Part shown: one piece after another, positions 12,001 through 24,000 of the stretch
Layout: each line of letters starts with the position of its first letter
Position numbering within the stretch: the stretch's first letter is position 1
Assembly: GCA_000004985.1 (NCBI GenBank)
Contig: GG738849.1
Strand: one strand, 5' to 3'
DNA: 64,000 nucleotides
Source of the DNA: Naegleria gruberi
Lineage: Eukaryota
The notes under the pieces: model-generated
Told to the model about the DNA's origin: nothing
What the model saw: the letters and a program-made list of their open reading frames with translations, nothing else
Database searches by the model: none
Position numbers and translations under genes: made by a program

Positions 12001-15000
12001 NNNNNNNNNNNNNNNNNNNNNNNNNNNNNNNNNNNNNNNNNNNNNNNNNNNNNNNNNNNNNNNNNNNNNNNNNNNNNNNNNNNNNNNNNNNNNNNNNNNN
12101 NNNNNNNNNNNNNNNNNNNNNNNNNNNNNNNNNNNNNNNNNNNNNNNNNNNNNNNNNNNNNNNNNNNNNNNNNNNNNNNNNNNNNNNNNNNNNNNNNNNN
12201 NNNNNNNNNNNNNNNNNNNNNNNNNNNNNNNNNNNNNNNNNNNNNNNNNNNNNNNNNNNNNNNNNNNNNNNNNNNNNNNNNNNNNNNNNNNNNNNNNNNN
12301 NNNNNNNNNNNNNNNNNNNNNNNNNNNNNNNNNNNNNNNNNNNNNNNNNNNNNNNNNNNNNNNNNNNNNNNNNNNNNNNNNNNNNNNNNNNNNNNNNNNN
12401 NNNNNNNNNNNNNNNNNNNNNNNNNNNNNNNNNNNNNNNNNNNNNNNNNNNNNNNNNNNNNNNNNNNNNNNNNNNNNNNNNNNNNNNNNNNNNNNNNNNN
12501 NNNNNNNNNNNNNNNNNNNNNNNNNNNNNNNNNNNNNNNNNNNNNNNNNNNNNNNNNNNNNNNNNNNNNNNNNNNNNNNNNNNNNNNNNNNNNNNNNNNN
12601 NNNNNNNNNNNNNNNNNNNNNNNNNNNNNNNNNNNNNNNNNNNNNNNNNNNNNNNNNNNNNNNNNNNNNNNNNNNNNNNNNNNNNNNNNNNNNNNNNNNN
12701 NNNNNNNNNNNNNNNNNNNNNNNNNNNNNNNNNNNNNNNNNNNNNNNNNNNNNNNNNNNNNNNNNNNNNNNNNNNNNNNNNNNNNNNNNNNNNNNNNNNN
12801 NNNNNNNNNNNNNNNNNNNNNNNNNNNNNNNNNNNNNNNNNNNNNNNNNNNNNNNNNNNNNNNNNNNNNNNNNNNNNNNNNNNNNNNNNNNNNNNNNNNN
12901 NNNNNNNNNNNNNNNNNNNNNNNNNNNNNNNNNNNNNNNNNNNNNNNNNNNNNNNNNNNNNNNNNNNNNNNNNNNNNNNNNNNNNNNNNNNNNNNNNNNN
13001 NNNNNNNNNNNNNNNNNNNNNNNNNNNNNNNNNNNNNNNNNNNNNNNNNNNNNNNNNNNNNNNNNNNNNNNNNNNNNNNNNNNNNNNNNNNNNNNNNNNN
13101 NNNNNNNNNNNNNNNNNNNNNNNNNNNNNNNNNNNNNNNNNNNNNNNNNNNNNNNNNNNNNNNNNNNNNNNNNNNNNNNNNNNNNNNNNNNNNNNNNNNN
13201 NNNNNNNNNNNNNNNNNNNNNNNNNNNNNNNNNNNNNNNNNNNNNNNNNNNNNNNNNNNNNNNNNNNNNNNNNNNNNNNNNNNNNNNNNNNNNNNNNNNN
13301 NNNNNNNNNNNNNNNNNNNNNNNNNNNNNNNNNNNNNNNNNNNNNNNNNNNNNNNNNNNNNNNNNNNNNNNNNNNNNNNNNNNNNNNNNNNNNNNNNNNN
13401 NNNNNNNNNNNNNNNNNNNNNNNNNNNNNNNNNNNNNNNNNNNNNNNNNNNNNNNNNNNNNNNNNNNNNNNNNNNNNNNNNNNNNNNNNNNNNNNNNNNN
13501 NNNNNNNNNNNNNNNNNNNNNNNNNNNNNNNNNNNNNNNNNNNNNNNNNNNNNNNNNNNNNNNNNNNNNNNNNNNNNNNNNNNNNNNNNNNNNNNNNNNN
13601 NNNNNNNNNNNNNNNNNNNNNNNNNNNNNNNNNNNNNNNNNNNNNNNNNNNNNNNNNNNNNNNNNNNNNNNNNNNNNNNNNNNNNNNNNNNNNNNNNNNN
13701 NNNNNNNNNNNNNNNNNNNNNNNNNNNNNNNNNNNNNNNNNNNNNNNNNNNNNNNNNNNNNNNNNNNNNNNNNNNNNNNNNNNNNNNNNNNNNNNNNNNN
13801 NNNNNNNNNNNNNNNNNNNNNNNNNNNNNNNNNNNNNNNNNNNNNNNNNNNNNNNNNNNNNNNNNNNNNNNNNNNNNNNNNNNNNNNNNNNNNNNNNNNN
13901 NNNNNNNNNNNNNNNNNNNNNNNNNNNNNNNNNNNNNNNNNNNNNNNNNNNNNNNNNNNNNNNNNNNNNNNNNNNNNNNNNNNNNNNNNNNNNNNNNNNN
14001 NNNNNNNNNNNNNNNNNNNNNNNNNNNNNNNNNNNNNNNNNNNNNNNNNNNNNNNNNNNNNNNNNNNNNNNNNNNNNNNNNNNNNNNNNNNNNNNNNNNN
14101 NNNNNNNNNNNNNNNNNNNNNNNNNNNNNNNNNNNNNNNNNNNNNNNNNNNNNNNNNNNNNNNNNNNNNNNNNNNNNNNNNNNNNNNNNNNNNNNNNNNN
14201 NNNNNNNNNNNNNNNNNNNNNNNNNNNNNNNNNNNNNNNNNNNNNNNNNNNNNNNNNNNNNNNNNNNNNNNNNNNNNNNNNNNNNNNNNNNNNNNNNNNN
14301 NNNNNNNNNNNNNNNNNNNNNNNNNNNNNNNNNNNNNNNNNNNNNNNNNNNNNNNNNNNNNNNNNNNNNNNNNNNNNNNNNNNNNNNNNNNNNNNNNNNN
14401 NNNNNNNNNNNNNNNNNNNNNNNNNNNNNNNNNNNNNNNNNNNNNNNNNNNNNNNNNNNNNNNNNNNNNNNNNNNNNNNNNNNNNNNNNNNNNNNNNNNN
14501 NNNNNNNNNNNNNNNNNNNNNNNNNNNNNNNNNNNNNNNNNNNNNNNNNNNNNNNNNNNNNNNNNNNNNNNNNNNNNNNNNNNNNNNNNNNNNNNNNNNN
14601 NNNNNNNNNNNNNNNNNNNNNNNNNNNNNNNNNNNNNNNNNNNNNNNNNNNNNNNNNNNNNNNNNNNNNNNNNNNNNNNNNNNNNNNNNNNNNNNNNNNN
14701 NNNNNNNNNNNNNNNNNNNNNNNNNNNNNNNNNNNNNNNNNNNNNNNNNNNNNNNNNNNNNNNNNNNNNNNNNNNNNNNNNNNNNNNNNNNNNNNNNNNN
14801 NNNNNNNNNNNNNNNNNNNNNNNNNNNNNNNNNNNNNNNNNNNNNNNNNNNNNNNNNNNNNNNNNNNNNNNNNNNNNNNNNNNNNNNNNNNNNNNNNNNN
14901 NNNNNNNNNNNNNNNNNNNNNNNNNNNNNNNNNNNNNNNNNNNNNNNNNNNNNNNNNNNNNNNNNNNNNNNNNNNNNNNNNNNNNNNNNNNNNNNNNNNN

Positions 15001-18000
15001 NNNNNNNNNNNNNNNNNNNNNNNNNNNNNNNNNNNNNNNNNNNNNNNNNNNNNNNNNNNNNNNNNNNNNNNNNNNNNNNNNNNNNNNNNNNNNNNNNNNN
15101 NNNNNNNNNNNNNNNNNNNNNNNNNNNNNNNNNNNNNNNNNNNNNNNNNNNNNNNNNNNNNNNNNNNNNNNNNNNNNNNNNNNNNNNNNNNNNNNNNNNN
15201 NNNNNNNNNNNNNNNNNNNNNNNNNNNNNNNNNNNNNNNNNNNNNNNNNNNNNNNNNNNNNNNNNNNNNNNNNNNNNNNNNNNNNNNNNNNNNNNNNNNN
15301 NNNNNNNNNNNNNNNNNNNNNNNNNNNNNNNNNNNNNNNNNNNNNNNNNNNNNNNNNNNNNNNNNNNNNNNNNNNNNNNNNNNNNNNNNNNNNNNNNNNN
15401 NNNNNNNNNNNNNNNNNNNNNNNNNNNNNNNNNNNNNNNNNNNNNNNNNNNNNNNNNNNNNNNNNNNNNNNNNNNNNNNNNNNNNNNNNNNNNNNNNNNN
15501 NNNNNNNNNNNNNNNNNNNNNNNNNNNNNNNNNNNNNNNNNNNNNNNNNNNNNNNNNNNNNNNNNNNNNNNNNNNNNNNNNNNNNNNNNNNNNNNNNNNN
15601 NNNNNNNNNNNNNNNNNNNNNNNNNNNNNNNNNNNNNNNNNNNNNNNNNNNNNNNNNNNNNNNNNNNNNNNNNNNNNNNNNNNNNNNNNNNNNNNNNNNN
15701 NNNNNNNNNNNNNNNNNNNNNNNNNNNNNNNNNNNNNNNNNNNNNNNNNNNNNNNNNNNNNNNNNNNNNNNNNNNNNNNNNNNNNNNNNNNNNNNNNNNN
15801 NNNNNNNNNNNNNNNNNNNNNNNNNNNNNNNNNNNNNNNNNNNNNNNNNNNNNNNNNNNNNNNNNNNNNNNNNNNNNNNNNNNNNNNNNNNNNNNNNNNN
15901 NNNNNNNNNNNNNNNNNNNNNNNNNNNNNNNNNNNNNNNNNNNNNNNNNNNNNNNNNNNNNNNNNNNNNNNNNNNNNNNNNNNNNNNNNNNNNNNNNNNN
16001 NNNNNNNNNNNNNNNNNNNNNNNNNNNNNNNNNNNNNNNNNNNNNNNNNNNNNNNNNNNNNNNNNNNNNNNNNNNNNNNNNNNNNNNNNNNNNNNNNNNN
16101 NNNNNNNNNNNNNNNNNNNNNNNNNNNNNNNNNNNNNNNNNNNNNNNNNNNNNNNNNNNNNNNNNNNNNNNNNNNNNNNNNNNNNNNNNNNNNNNNNNNN
16201 NNNNNNNNNNNNNNNNNNNNNNNNNNNNNNNNNNNNNNNNNNNNNNNNNNNNNNNNNNNNNNNNNNNNNNNNNNNNNNNNNNNNNNNNNNNNNNNNNNNN
16301 NNNNNNNNNNNNNNNNNNNNNNNNNNNNNNNNNNNNNNNNNNNNNNNNNNNNNNNNNNNNNNNNNNNNNNNNNNNNNNNNNNNNNNNNNNNNNNNNNNNN
16401 NNNNNNNNNNNNNNNNNNNNNNNNNNNNNNNNNNNNNNNNNNNNNNNNNNNNNNNNNNNNNNNNNNNNNNNNNNNNNNNNNNNNNNNNNNNNNNNNNNNN
16501 NNNNNNNNNNNNNNNNNNNNNNNNNNNNNNNNNNNNNNNNNNNNNNNNNNNNNNNNNNNNNNNNNNNNNNNNNNNNNNNNNNNNNNNNNNNNNNNNNNNN
16601 NNNNNNNNNNNNNNNNNNNNNNNNNNNNNNNNNNNNNNNNNNNNNNNNNNNNNNNNNNNNNNNNNNNNNNNNNNNNNNNNNNNNNNNNNNNNNNNNNNNN
16701 NNNNNNNNNNNNNNNNNNNNNNNNNNNNNNNNNNNNNNNNNNNNNNNNNNNNNNNNNNNNNNNNNNNNNNNNNNNNNNNNNNNNNNNNNNNNNNNNNNNN
16801 NNNNNNNNNNNNNNNNNNNNNNNNNNNNNNNNNNNNNNNNNNNNNNNNNNNNNNNNNNNNNNNNNNNNNNNNNNNNNNNNNNNNNNNNNNNNNNNNNNNN
16901 NNNNNNNNNNNNNNNNNNNNNNNNNNNNNNNNNNNNNNNNNNNNNNNNNNNNNNNNNNNNNNNNNNNNNNNNNNNNNNNNNNNNNNNNNNNNNNNNNNNN
17001 NNNNNNNNNNNNNNNNNNNNNNNNNNNNNNNNNNNNNNNNNNNNNNNNNNNNNNNNNNNNNNNNNNNNNNNNNNNNNNNNNNNNNNNNNNNNNNNNNNNN
17101 NNNNNNNNNNNNNNNNNNNNNNNNNNNNNNNNNNNNNNNNNNNNNNNNNNNNNNNNNNNNNNNNNNNNNNNNNNNNNNNNNNNNNNNNNNNNNNNNNNNN
17201 NNNNNNNNNNNNNNNNNNNNNNNNNNNNNNNNNNNNNNNNNNNNNNNNNNNNNNNNNNNNNNNNNNNNNNNNNNNNNNNNNNNNNNNNNNNNNNNNNNNN
17301 NNNNNNNNNNNNNNNNNNNNNNNNNNNNNNNNNNNNNNNNNNNNNNNNNNNNNNNNNNNNNNNNNNNNNNNNNNNNNNNNNNNNNNNNNNNNNNNNNNNN
17401 NNNNNNNNNNNNNNNNNNNNNNNNNNNNNNNNNNNNNNNNNNNNNNNNNNNNNNNNNNNNNNNNNNNNNNNNNNNNNNNNNNNNNNNNNNNNNNNNNNNN
17501 NNNNNNNNNNNNNNNNNNNNNNNNNNNNNNNNNNNNNNNNNNNNNNNNNNNNNNNNNNNNNNNNNNNNNNNNNNNNNNNNNNNNNNNNNNNNNNNNNNNN
17601 NNNNNNNNNNNNNNNNNNNNNNNNNNNNNNNNNNNNNNNNNNNNNNNNNNNNNNNNNNNNNNNNNNNNNNNNNNNNNNNNNNNNNNNNNNNNNNNNNNNN
17701 NNNNNNNNNNNNNNNNNNNNNNNNNNNNNNNNNNNNNNNNNNNNNNNNNNNNNNNNNNNNNNNNNNNNNNNNNNNNNNNNNNNNNNNNNNNNNNNNNNNN
17801 NNNNNNNNNNNNNNNNNNNNNNNNNNNNNNNNNNNNNNNNNNNNNNNNNNNNNNNNNNNNNNNNNNNNNNNNNNNNNNNNNNNNNNNNNNNNNNNNNNNN
17901 NNNNNNNNNNNNNNNNNNNNNNNNNNNNNNNNNNNNNNNNNNNNNNNNNNNNNNNNNNNNNNNNNNNNNNNNNNNNNNNNNNNNNNNNNNNNNNNNNNNN

Positions 18001-21000
18001 NNNNNNNNNNNNNNNNNNNNNNNNNNNNNNNNNNNNNNNNNNNNNNNNNNNNNNNNNNNNNNNNNNNNNNNNNNNNNNNNNNNNNNNNNNNNNNNNNNNN
18101 NNNNNNNNNNNNNNNNNNNNNNNNNNNNNNNNNNNNNNNNNNNNNNNNNNNNNNNNNNNNNNNNNNNNNNNNNNNNNNNNNNNNNNNNNNNNNNNNNNNN
18201 NNNNNNNNNNNNNNNNNNNNNNNNNNNNNNNNNNNNNNNNNNNNNNNNNNNNNNNNNNNNNNNNNNNNNNNNNNNNNNNNNNNNNNNNNNNNNNNNNNNN
18301 NNNNNNNNNNNNNNNNNNNNNNNNNNNNNNNNNNNNNNNNNNNNNNNNNNNNNNNNNNNNNNNNNNNNNNNNNNNNNNNNNNNNNNNNNNNNNNNNNNNN
18401 NNNNNNNNNNNNNNNNNNNNNNNNNNNNNNNNNNNNNNNNNNNNNNNNNNNNNNNNNNNNNNNNNNNNNNNNNNNNNNNNNNNNNNNNNNNNNNNNNNNN
18501 NNNNNNNNNNNNNNNNNNNNNNNNNNNNNNNNNNNNNNNNNNNNNNNNNNNNNNNNNNNNNNNNNNNNNNNNNNNNNNNNNNNNNNNNNNNNNNNNNNNN
18601 NNNNNNNNNNNNNNNNNNNNNNNNNNNNNNNNNNNNNNNNNNNNNNNNNNNNNNNNNNNNNNNNNNNNNNNNNNNNNNNNNNNNNNNNNNNNNNNNNNNN
18701 NNNNNNNNNNNNNNNNNNNNNNNNNNNNNNNNNNNNNNNNNNNNNNNNNNNNNNNNNNNNNNNNNNNNNNNNNNNNNNNNNNNNNNNNNNNNNNNNNNNN
18801 NNNNNNNNNNNNNNNNNNNNNNNNNNNNNNNNNNNNNNNNNNNNNNNNNNNNNNNNNNNNNNNNNNNNNNNNNNNNNNNNNNNNNNNNNNNNNNNNNNNN
18901 NNNNNNNNNNNNNNNNNNNNNNNNNNNNNNNNNNNNNNNNNNNNNNNNNNNNNNNNNNNNNNNNNNNNNNNNNNNNNNNNNNNNNNNNNNNNNNNNNNNN
19001 NNNNNNNNNNNNNNNNNNNNNNNNNNNNNNNNNNNNNNNNNNNNNNNNNNNNNNNNNNNNNNNNNNNNNNNNNNNNNNNNNNNNNNNNNNNNNNNNNNNN
19101 NNNNNNNNNNNNNNNNNNNNNNNNNNNNNNNNNNNNNNNNNNNNNNNNNNNNNNNNNNNNNNNNNNNNNNNNNNNNNNNNNNNNNNNNNNNNNNNNNNNN
19201 NNNNNNNNNNNNNNNNNNNNNNNNNNNNNNNNNNNNNNNNNNNNNNNNNNNNNNNNNNNNNNNNNNNNNNNNNNNNNNNNNNNNNNNNNNNNNNNNNNNN
19301 NNNNNNNNNNNNNNNNNNNNNNNNNNNNNNNNNNNNNNNNNNNNNNNNNNNNNNNNNNNNNNNNNNNNNNNNNNNNNNNNNNNNNNNNNNNNNNNNNNNN
19401 NNNNNNNNNNNNNNNNNNNNNNNNNNNNNNNNNNNNNNNNNNNNNNNNNNNNNNNNNNNNNNNNNNNNNNNNNNNNNNNNNNNNNNNNNNNNNNNNNNNN
19501 NNNNNNNNNNNNNNNNNNNNNNNNNNNNNNNNNNNNNNNNNNNNNNNNNNNNNNNNNNNNNNNNNNNNNNNNNNNNNNNNNNNNNNNNNNNNNNNNNNNN
19601 NNNNNNNNNNNNNNNNNNNNNNNNNNNNNNNNNNNNNNNNNNNNNNNNNNNNNNNNNNNNNNNNNNNNNNNNNNNNNNNNNNNNNNNNNNNNNNNNNNNN
19701 NNNNNNNNNNNNNNNNNNNNNNNNNNNNNNNNNNNNNNNNNNNNNNNNNNNNNNNNNNNNNNNNNNNNNNNNNNNNNNNNNNNNNNNNNNNNNNNNNNNN
19801 NNNNNNNNNNNNNNNNNNNNNNNNNNNNNNNNNNNNNNNNNNNNNNNNNNNNNNNNNNNNNNNNNNNNNNNNNNNNNNNNNNNNNNNNNNNNNNNNNNNN
19901 NNNNNNNNNNNNNNNNNNNNNNNNNNNNNNNNNNNNNNNNNNNNNNNNNNNNNNNNNNNNNNNNNNNNNNNNNNNNNNNNNNNNNNNNNNNNNNNNNNNN
20001 NNNNNNNNNNNNNNNNNNNNNNNNNNNNNNNNNNNNNNNNNNNNNNNNNNNNNNNNNNNNNNNNNNNNNNNNNNNNNNNNNNNNNNNNNNNNNNNNNNNN
20101 NNNNNNNNNNNNNNNNNNNNNNNNNNNNNNNNNNNNNNNNNNNNNNNNNNNNNNNNNNNNNNNNNNNNNNNNNNNNNNNNNNNNNNNNNNNNNNNNNNNN
20201 NNNNNNNNNNNNNNNNNNNNNNNNNNNNNNNNNNNNNNNNNNNNNNNNNNNNNNNNNNNNNNNNNNNNNNNNNNNNNNNNNNNNNNNNNNNNNNNNNNNN
20301 NNNNNNNNNNNNNNNNNNNNNNNNNNNNNNNNNNNNNNNNNNNNNNNNNNNNNNNNNNNNNNNNNNNNNNNNNNNNNNNNNNNNNNNNNNNNNNNNNNNN
20401 NNNNNNNNNNNNNNNNNNNNNNNNNNNNNNNNNNNNNNNNNNNNNNNNNNNNNNNNNNNNNNNNNNNNNNNNNNNNNNNNNNNNNNNNNNNNNNNNNNNN
20501 NNNNNNNNNNNNNNNNNNNNNNNNNNNNNNNNNNNNNNNNNNNNNNNNNNNNNNNNNNNNNNNNNNNNNNNNNNNNNNNNNNNNNNNNNNNNNNNNNNNN
20601 NNNNNNNNNNNNNNNNNNNNNNNNNNNNNNNNNNNNNNNNNNNNNNNNNNNNNNNNNNNNNNNNNNNNNNNNNNNNNNNNNNNNNNNNNNNNNNNNNNNN
20701 NNNNNNNNNNNNNNNNNNNNNNNNNNNNNNNNNNNNNNNNNNNNNNNNNNNNNNNNNNNNNNNNNNNNNNNNNNNNNNNNNNNNNNNNNNNNNNNNNNNN
20801 NNNNNNNNNNNNNNNNNNNNNNNNNNNNNNNNNNNNNNNNNNNNNNNNNNNNNNNNNNNNNNNNNNNNNNNNNNNNNNNNNNNNNNNNNNNNNNNNNNNN
20901 NNNNNNNNNNNNNNNNNNNNNNNNNNNNNNNNNNNNNNNNNNNNNNNNNNNNNNNNNNNNNNNNNNNNNNNNNNNNNNNNNNNNNNNNNNNNNNNNNNNN

Positions 21001-24000
21001 NNNNNNNNNNNNNNNNNNNNNNNNNNNNNNNNNNNNNNNNNNNNNNNNNNNNNNNNNNNNNNNNNNNNNNNNNNNNNNNNNNNNNNNNNNNNNNNNNNNN
21101 NNNNNNNNNNNNNNNNNNNNNNNNNNNNNNNNNNNNNNNNNNNNNNNNNNNNNNNNNNNNNNNNNNNNNNNNNNNNNNNNNNNNNNNNNNNNNNNNNNNN
21201 NNNNNNNNNNNNNNNNNNNNNNNNNNNNNNNNNNNNNNNNNNNNNNNNNNNNNNNNNNNNNNNNNNNNNNNNNNNNNNNNNNNNNNNNNNNNNNNNNNNN
21301 NNNNNNNNNNNNNNNNNNNNNNNNNNNNNNNNNNNNNNNNNNNNNNNNNNNNNNNNNNNNNNNNNNNNNNNNNNNNNNNNNNNNNNNNNNNNNNNNNNNN
21401 NNNNNNNNNNNNNNNNNNNNNNNNNNNNNNNNNNNNNNNNNNNNNNNNNNNNNNNNNNNNNNNNNNNNNNNNNNNNNNNNNNNNNNNNNNNNNNNNNNNN
21501 NNNNNNNNNNNNNNNNNNNNNNNNNNNNNNNNNNNNNNNNNNNNNNNNNNNNNNNNNNNNNNNNNNNNNNNNNNNNNNNNNNNNNNNNNNNNNNNNNNNN
21601 NNNNNNNNNNNNNNNNNNNNNNNNNNNNNNNNNNNNNNNNNNNNNNNNNNNNNNNNNNNNNNNNNNNNNNNNNNNNNNNNNNNNNNNNNNNNNNNNNNNN
21701 NNNNNNNNNNNNNNNNNNNNNNNNNNNNNNNNNNNNNNNNNNNNNNNNNNNNNNNNNNNNNNNNNNNNNNNNNNNNNNNNNNNNNNNNNNNNNNNNNNNN
21801 NNNNNNNNNNNNNNNNNNNNNNNNNNNNNNNNNNNNNNNNNNNNNNNNNNNNNNNNNNNNNNNNNNNNNNNNNNNNNNNNNNNNNNNNNNNNNNNNNNNN
21901 NNNNNNNNNNNNNNNNNNNNNNNNNNNNNNNNNNNNNNNNNNNNNNNNNNNNNNNNNNNNNNNNNNNNNNNNNNNNNNNNNNNNNNNNNNNNNNNNNNNN
22001 NNNNNNNNNNNNNNNNNNNNNNNNNNNNNNNNNNNNNNNNNNNNNNNNNNNNNNNNNNNNNNNNNNNNNNNNNNNNNNNNNNNNNNNNNNNNNNNNNNNN
22101 NNNNNNNNNNNNNNNNNNNNNNNNNNNNNNNNNNNNNNNNNNNNNNNNNNNNNNNNNNNNNNNNNNNNNNNNNNNNNNNNNNNNNNNNNNNNNNNNNNNN
22201 NNNNNNNNNNNNNNNNNNNNNNNNNNNNNNNNNNNNNNNNNNNNNNNNNNNNNNNNNNNNNNNNNNNNNNNNNNNNNNNNNNNNNNNNNNNNNNNNNNNN
22301 NNNNNNNNNNNNNNNNNNNNNNNNNNNNNNNNNNNNNNNNNNNNNNNNNNNNNNNNNNNNNNNNNNNNNNNNNNNNNNNNNNNNNNNNNNNNNNNNNNNN
22401 NNNNNNNNNNNNNNNNNNNNNNNNNNNNNNNNNNNNNNNNNNNNNNNNNNNNNNNNNNNNNNNNNNNNNNNNNNNNNNNNNNNNNNNNNNNNNNNNNNNN
22501 NNNNNNNNNNNNNNNNNNNNNNNNNNNNNNNNNNNNNNNNNNNNNNNNNNNNNNNNNNNNNNNNNNNNNNNNNNNNNNNNNNNNNNNNNNNNNNNNNNNN
22601 NNNNNNNNNNNNNNNNNNNNNNNNNNNNNNNNNNNNNNNNNNNNNNNNNNNNNNNNNNNNNNNNNNNNNNNNNNNNNNNNNNNNNNNNNNNNNNNNNNNN
22701 NNNNNNNNNNNNNNNNNNNNNNNNNNNNNNNNNNNNNNNNNNNNNNNNNNNNNNNNNNNNNNNNNNNNNNNNNNNNNNNNNNNNNNNNNNNNNNNNNNNN
22801 NNNNNNNNNNNNNNNNNNNNNNNNNNNNNNNNNNNNNNNNNNNNNNNNNNNNNNNNNNNNNNNNNNNNNNNNNNNNNNNNNNNNNNNNNNNNNNNNNNNN
22901 NNNNNNNNNNNNNNNNNNNNNNNNNNNNNNNNNNNNNNNNNNNNNNNNNNNNNNNNNNNNNNNNNNNNNNNNNNNNNNNNNNNNNNNNNNNNNNNNNNNN
23001 NNNNNNNNNNNNNNNNNNNNNNNNNNNNNNNNNNNNNNNNNNNNNNNNNNNNNNNNNNNNNNNNNNNNNNNNNNNNNNNNNNNNNNNNNNNNNNNNNNNN
23101 NNNNNNNNNNNNNNNNNNNNNNNNNNNNNNNNNNNNNNNNNNNNNNNNNNNNNNNNNNNNNNNNNNNNNNNNNNNNNNNNNNNNNNNNNNNNNNNNNNNN
23201 NNNNNNNNNNNNNNNNNNNNNNNNNNNNNNNNNNNNNNNNNNNNNNNNNNNNNNNNNNNNNNNNNNNNNNNNNNNNNNNNNNNNNNNNNNNNNNNNNNNN
23301 NNNNNNNNNNNNNNNNNNNNNNNNNNNNNNNNNNNNNNNNNNNNNNNNNNNNNNNNNNNNNNNNNNNNNNNNNNNNNNNNNNNNNNNNNNNNNNNNNNNN
23401 NNNNNNNNNNNNNNNNNNNNNNNNNNNNNNNNNNNNNNNNNNNNNNNNNNNNNNNNNNNNNNNNNNNNNNNNNNNNNNNNNNNNNNNNNNNNNNNNNNNN
23501 NNNNNNNNNNNNNNNNNNNNNNNNNNNNNNNNNNNNNNNNNNNNNNNNNNNNNNNNNNNNNNNNNNNNNNNNNNNNNNNNNNNNNNNNNNNNNNNNNNNN
23601 NNNNNNNNNNNNNNNNNNNNNNNNNNNNNNNNNNNNNNNNNNNNNNNNNNNNNNNNNNNNNNNNNNNNNNNNNNNNNNNNNNNNNNNNNNNNNNNNNNNN
23701 NNNNNNNNNNNNNNNNNNNNNNNNNNNNNNNNNNNNNNNNNNNNNNNNNNNNNNNNNNNNNNNNNNNNNNNNNNNNNNNNNNNNNNNNNNNNNNNNNNNN
23801 NNNNNNNNNNNNNNNNNNNNNNNNNNNNNNNNNNNNNNNNNNNNNNNNNNNNNNNNNNNNNNNNNNNNNNNNNNNNNNNNNNNNNNNNNNNNNNNNNNNN
23901 NNNNNNNNNNNNNNNNNNNNNNNNNNNNNNNNNNNNNNNNNNNNNNNNNNNNNNNNNNNNNNNNNNNNNNNNNNNNNNNNNNNNNNNNNNNNNNNNNNNN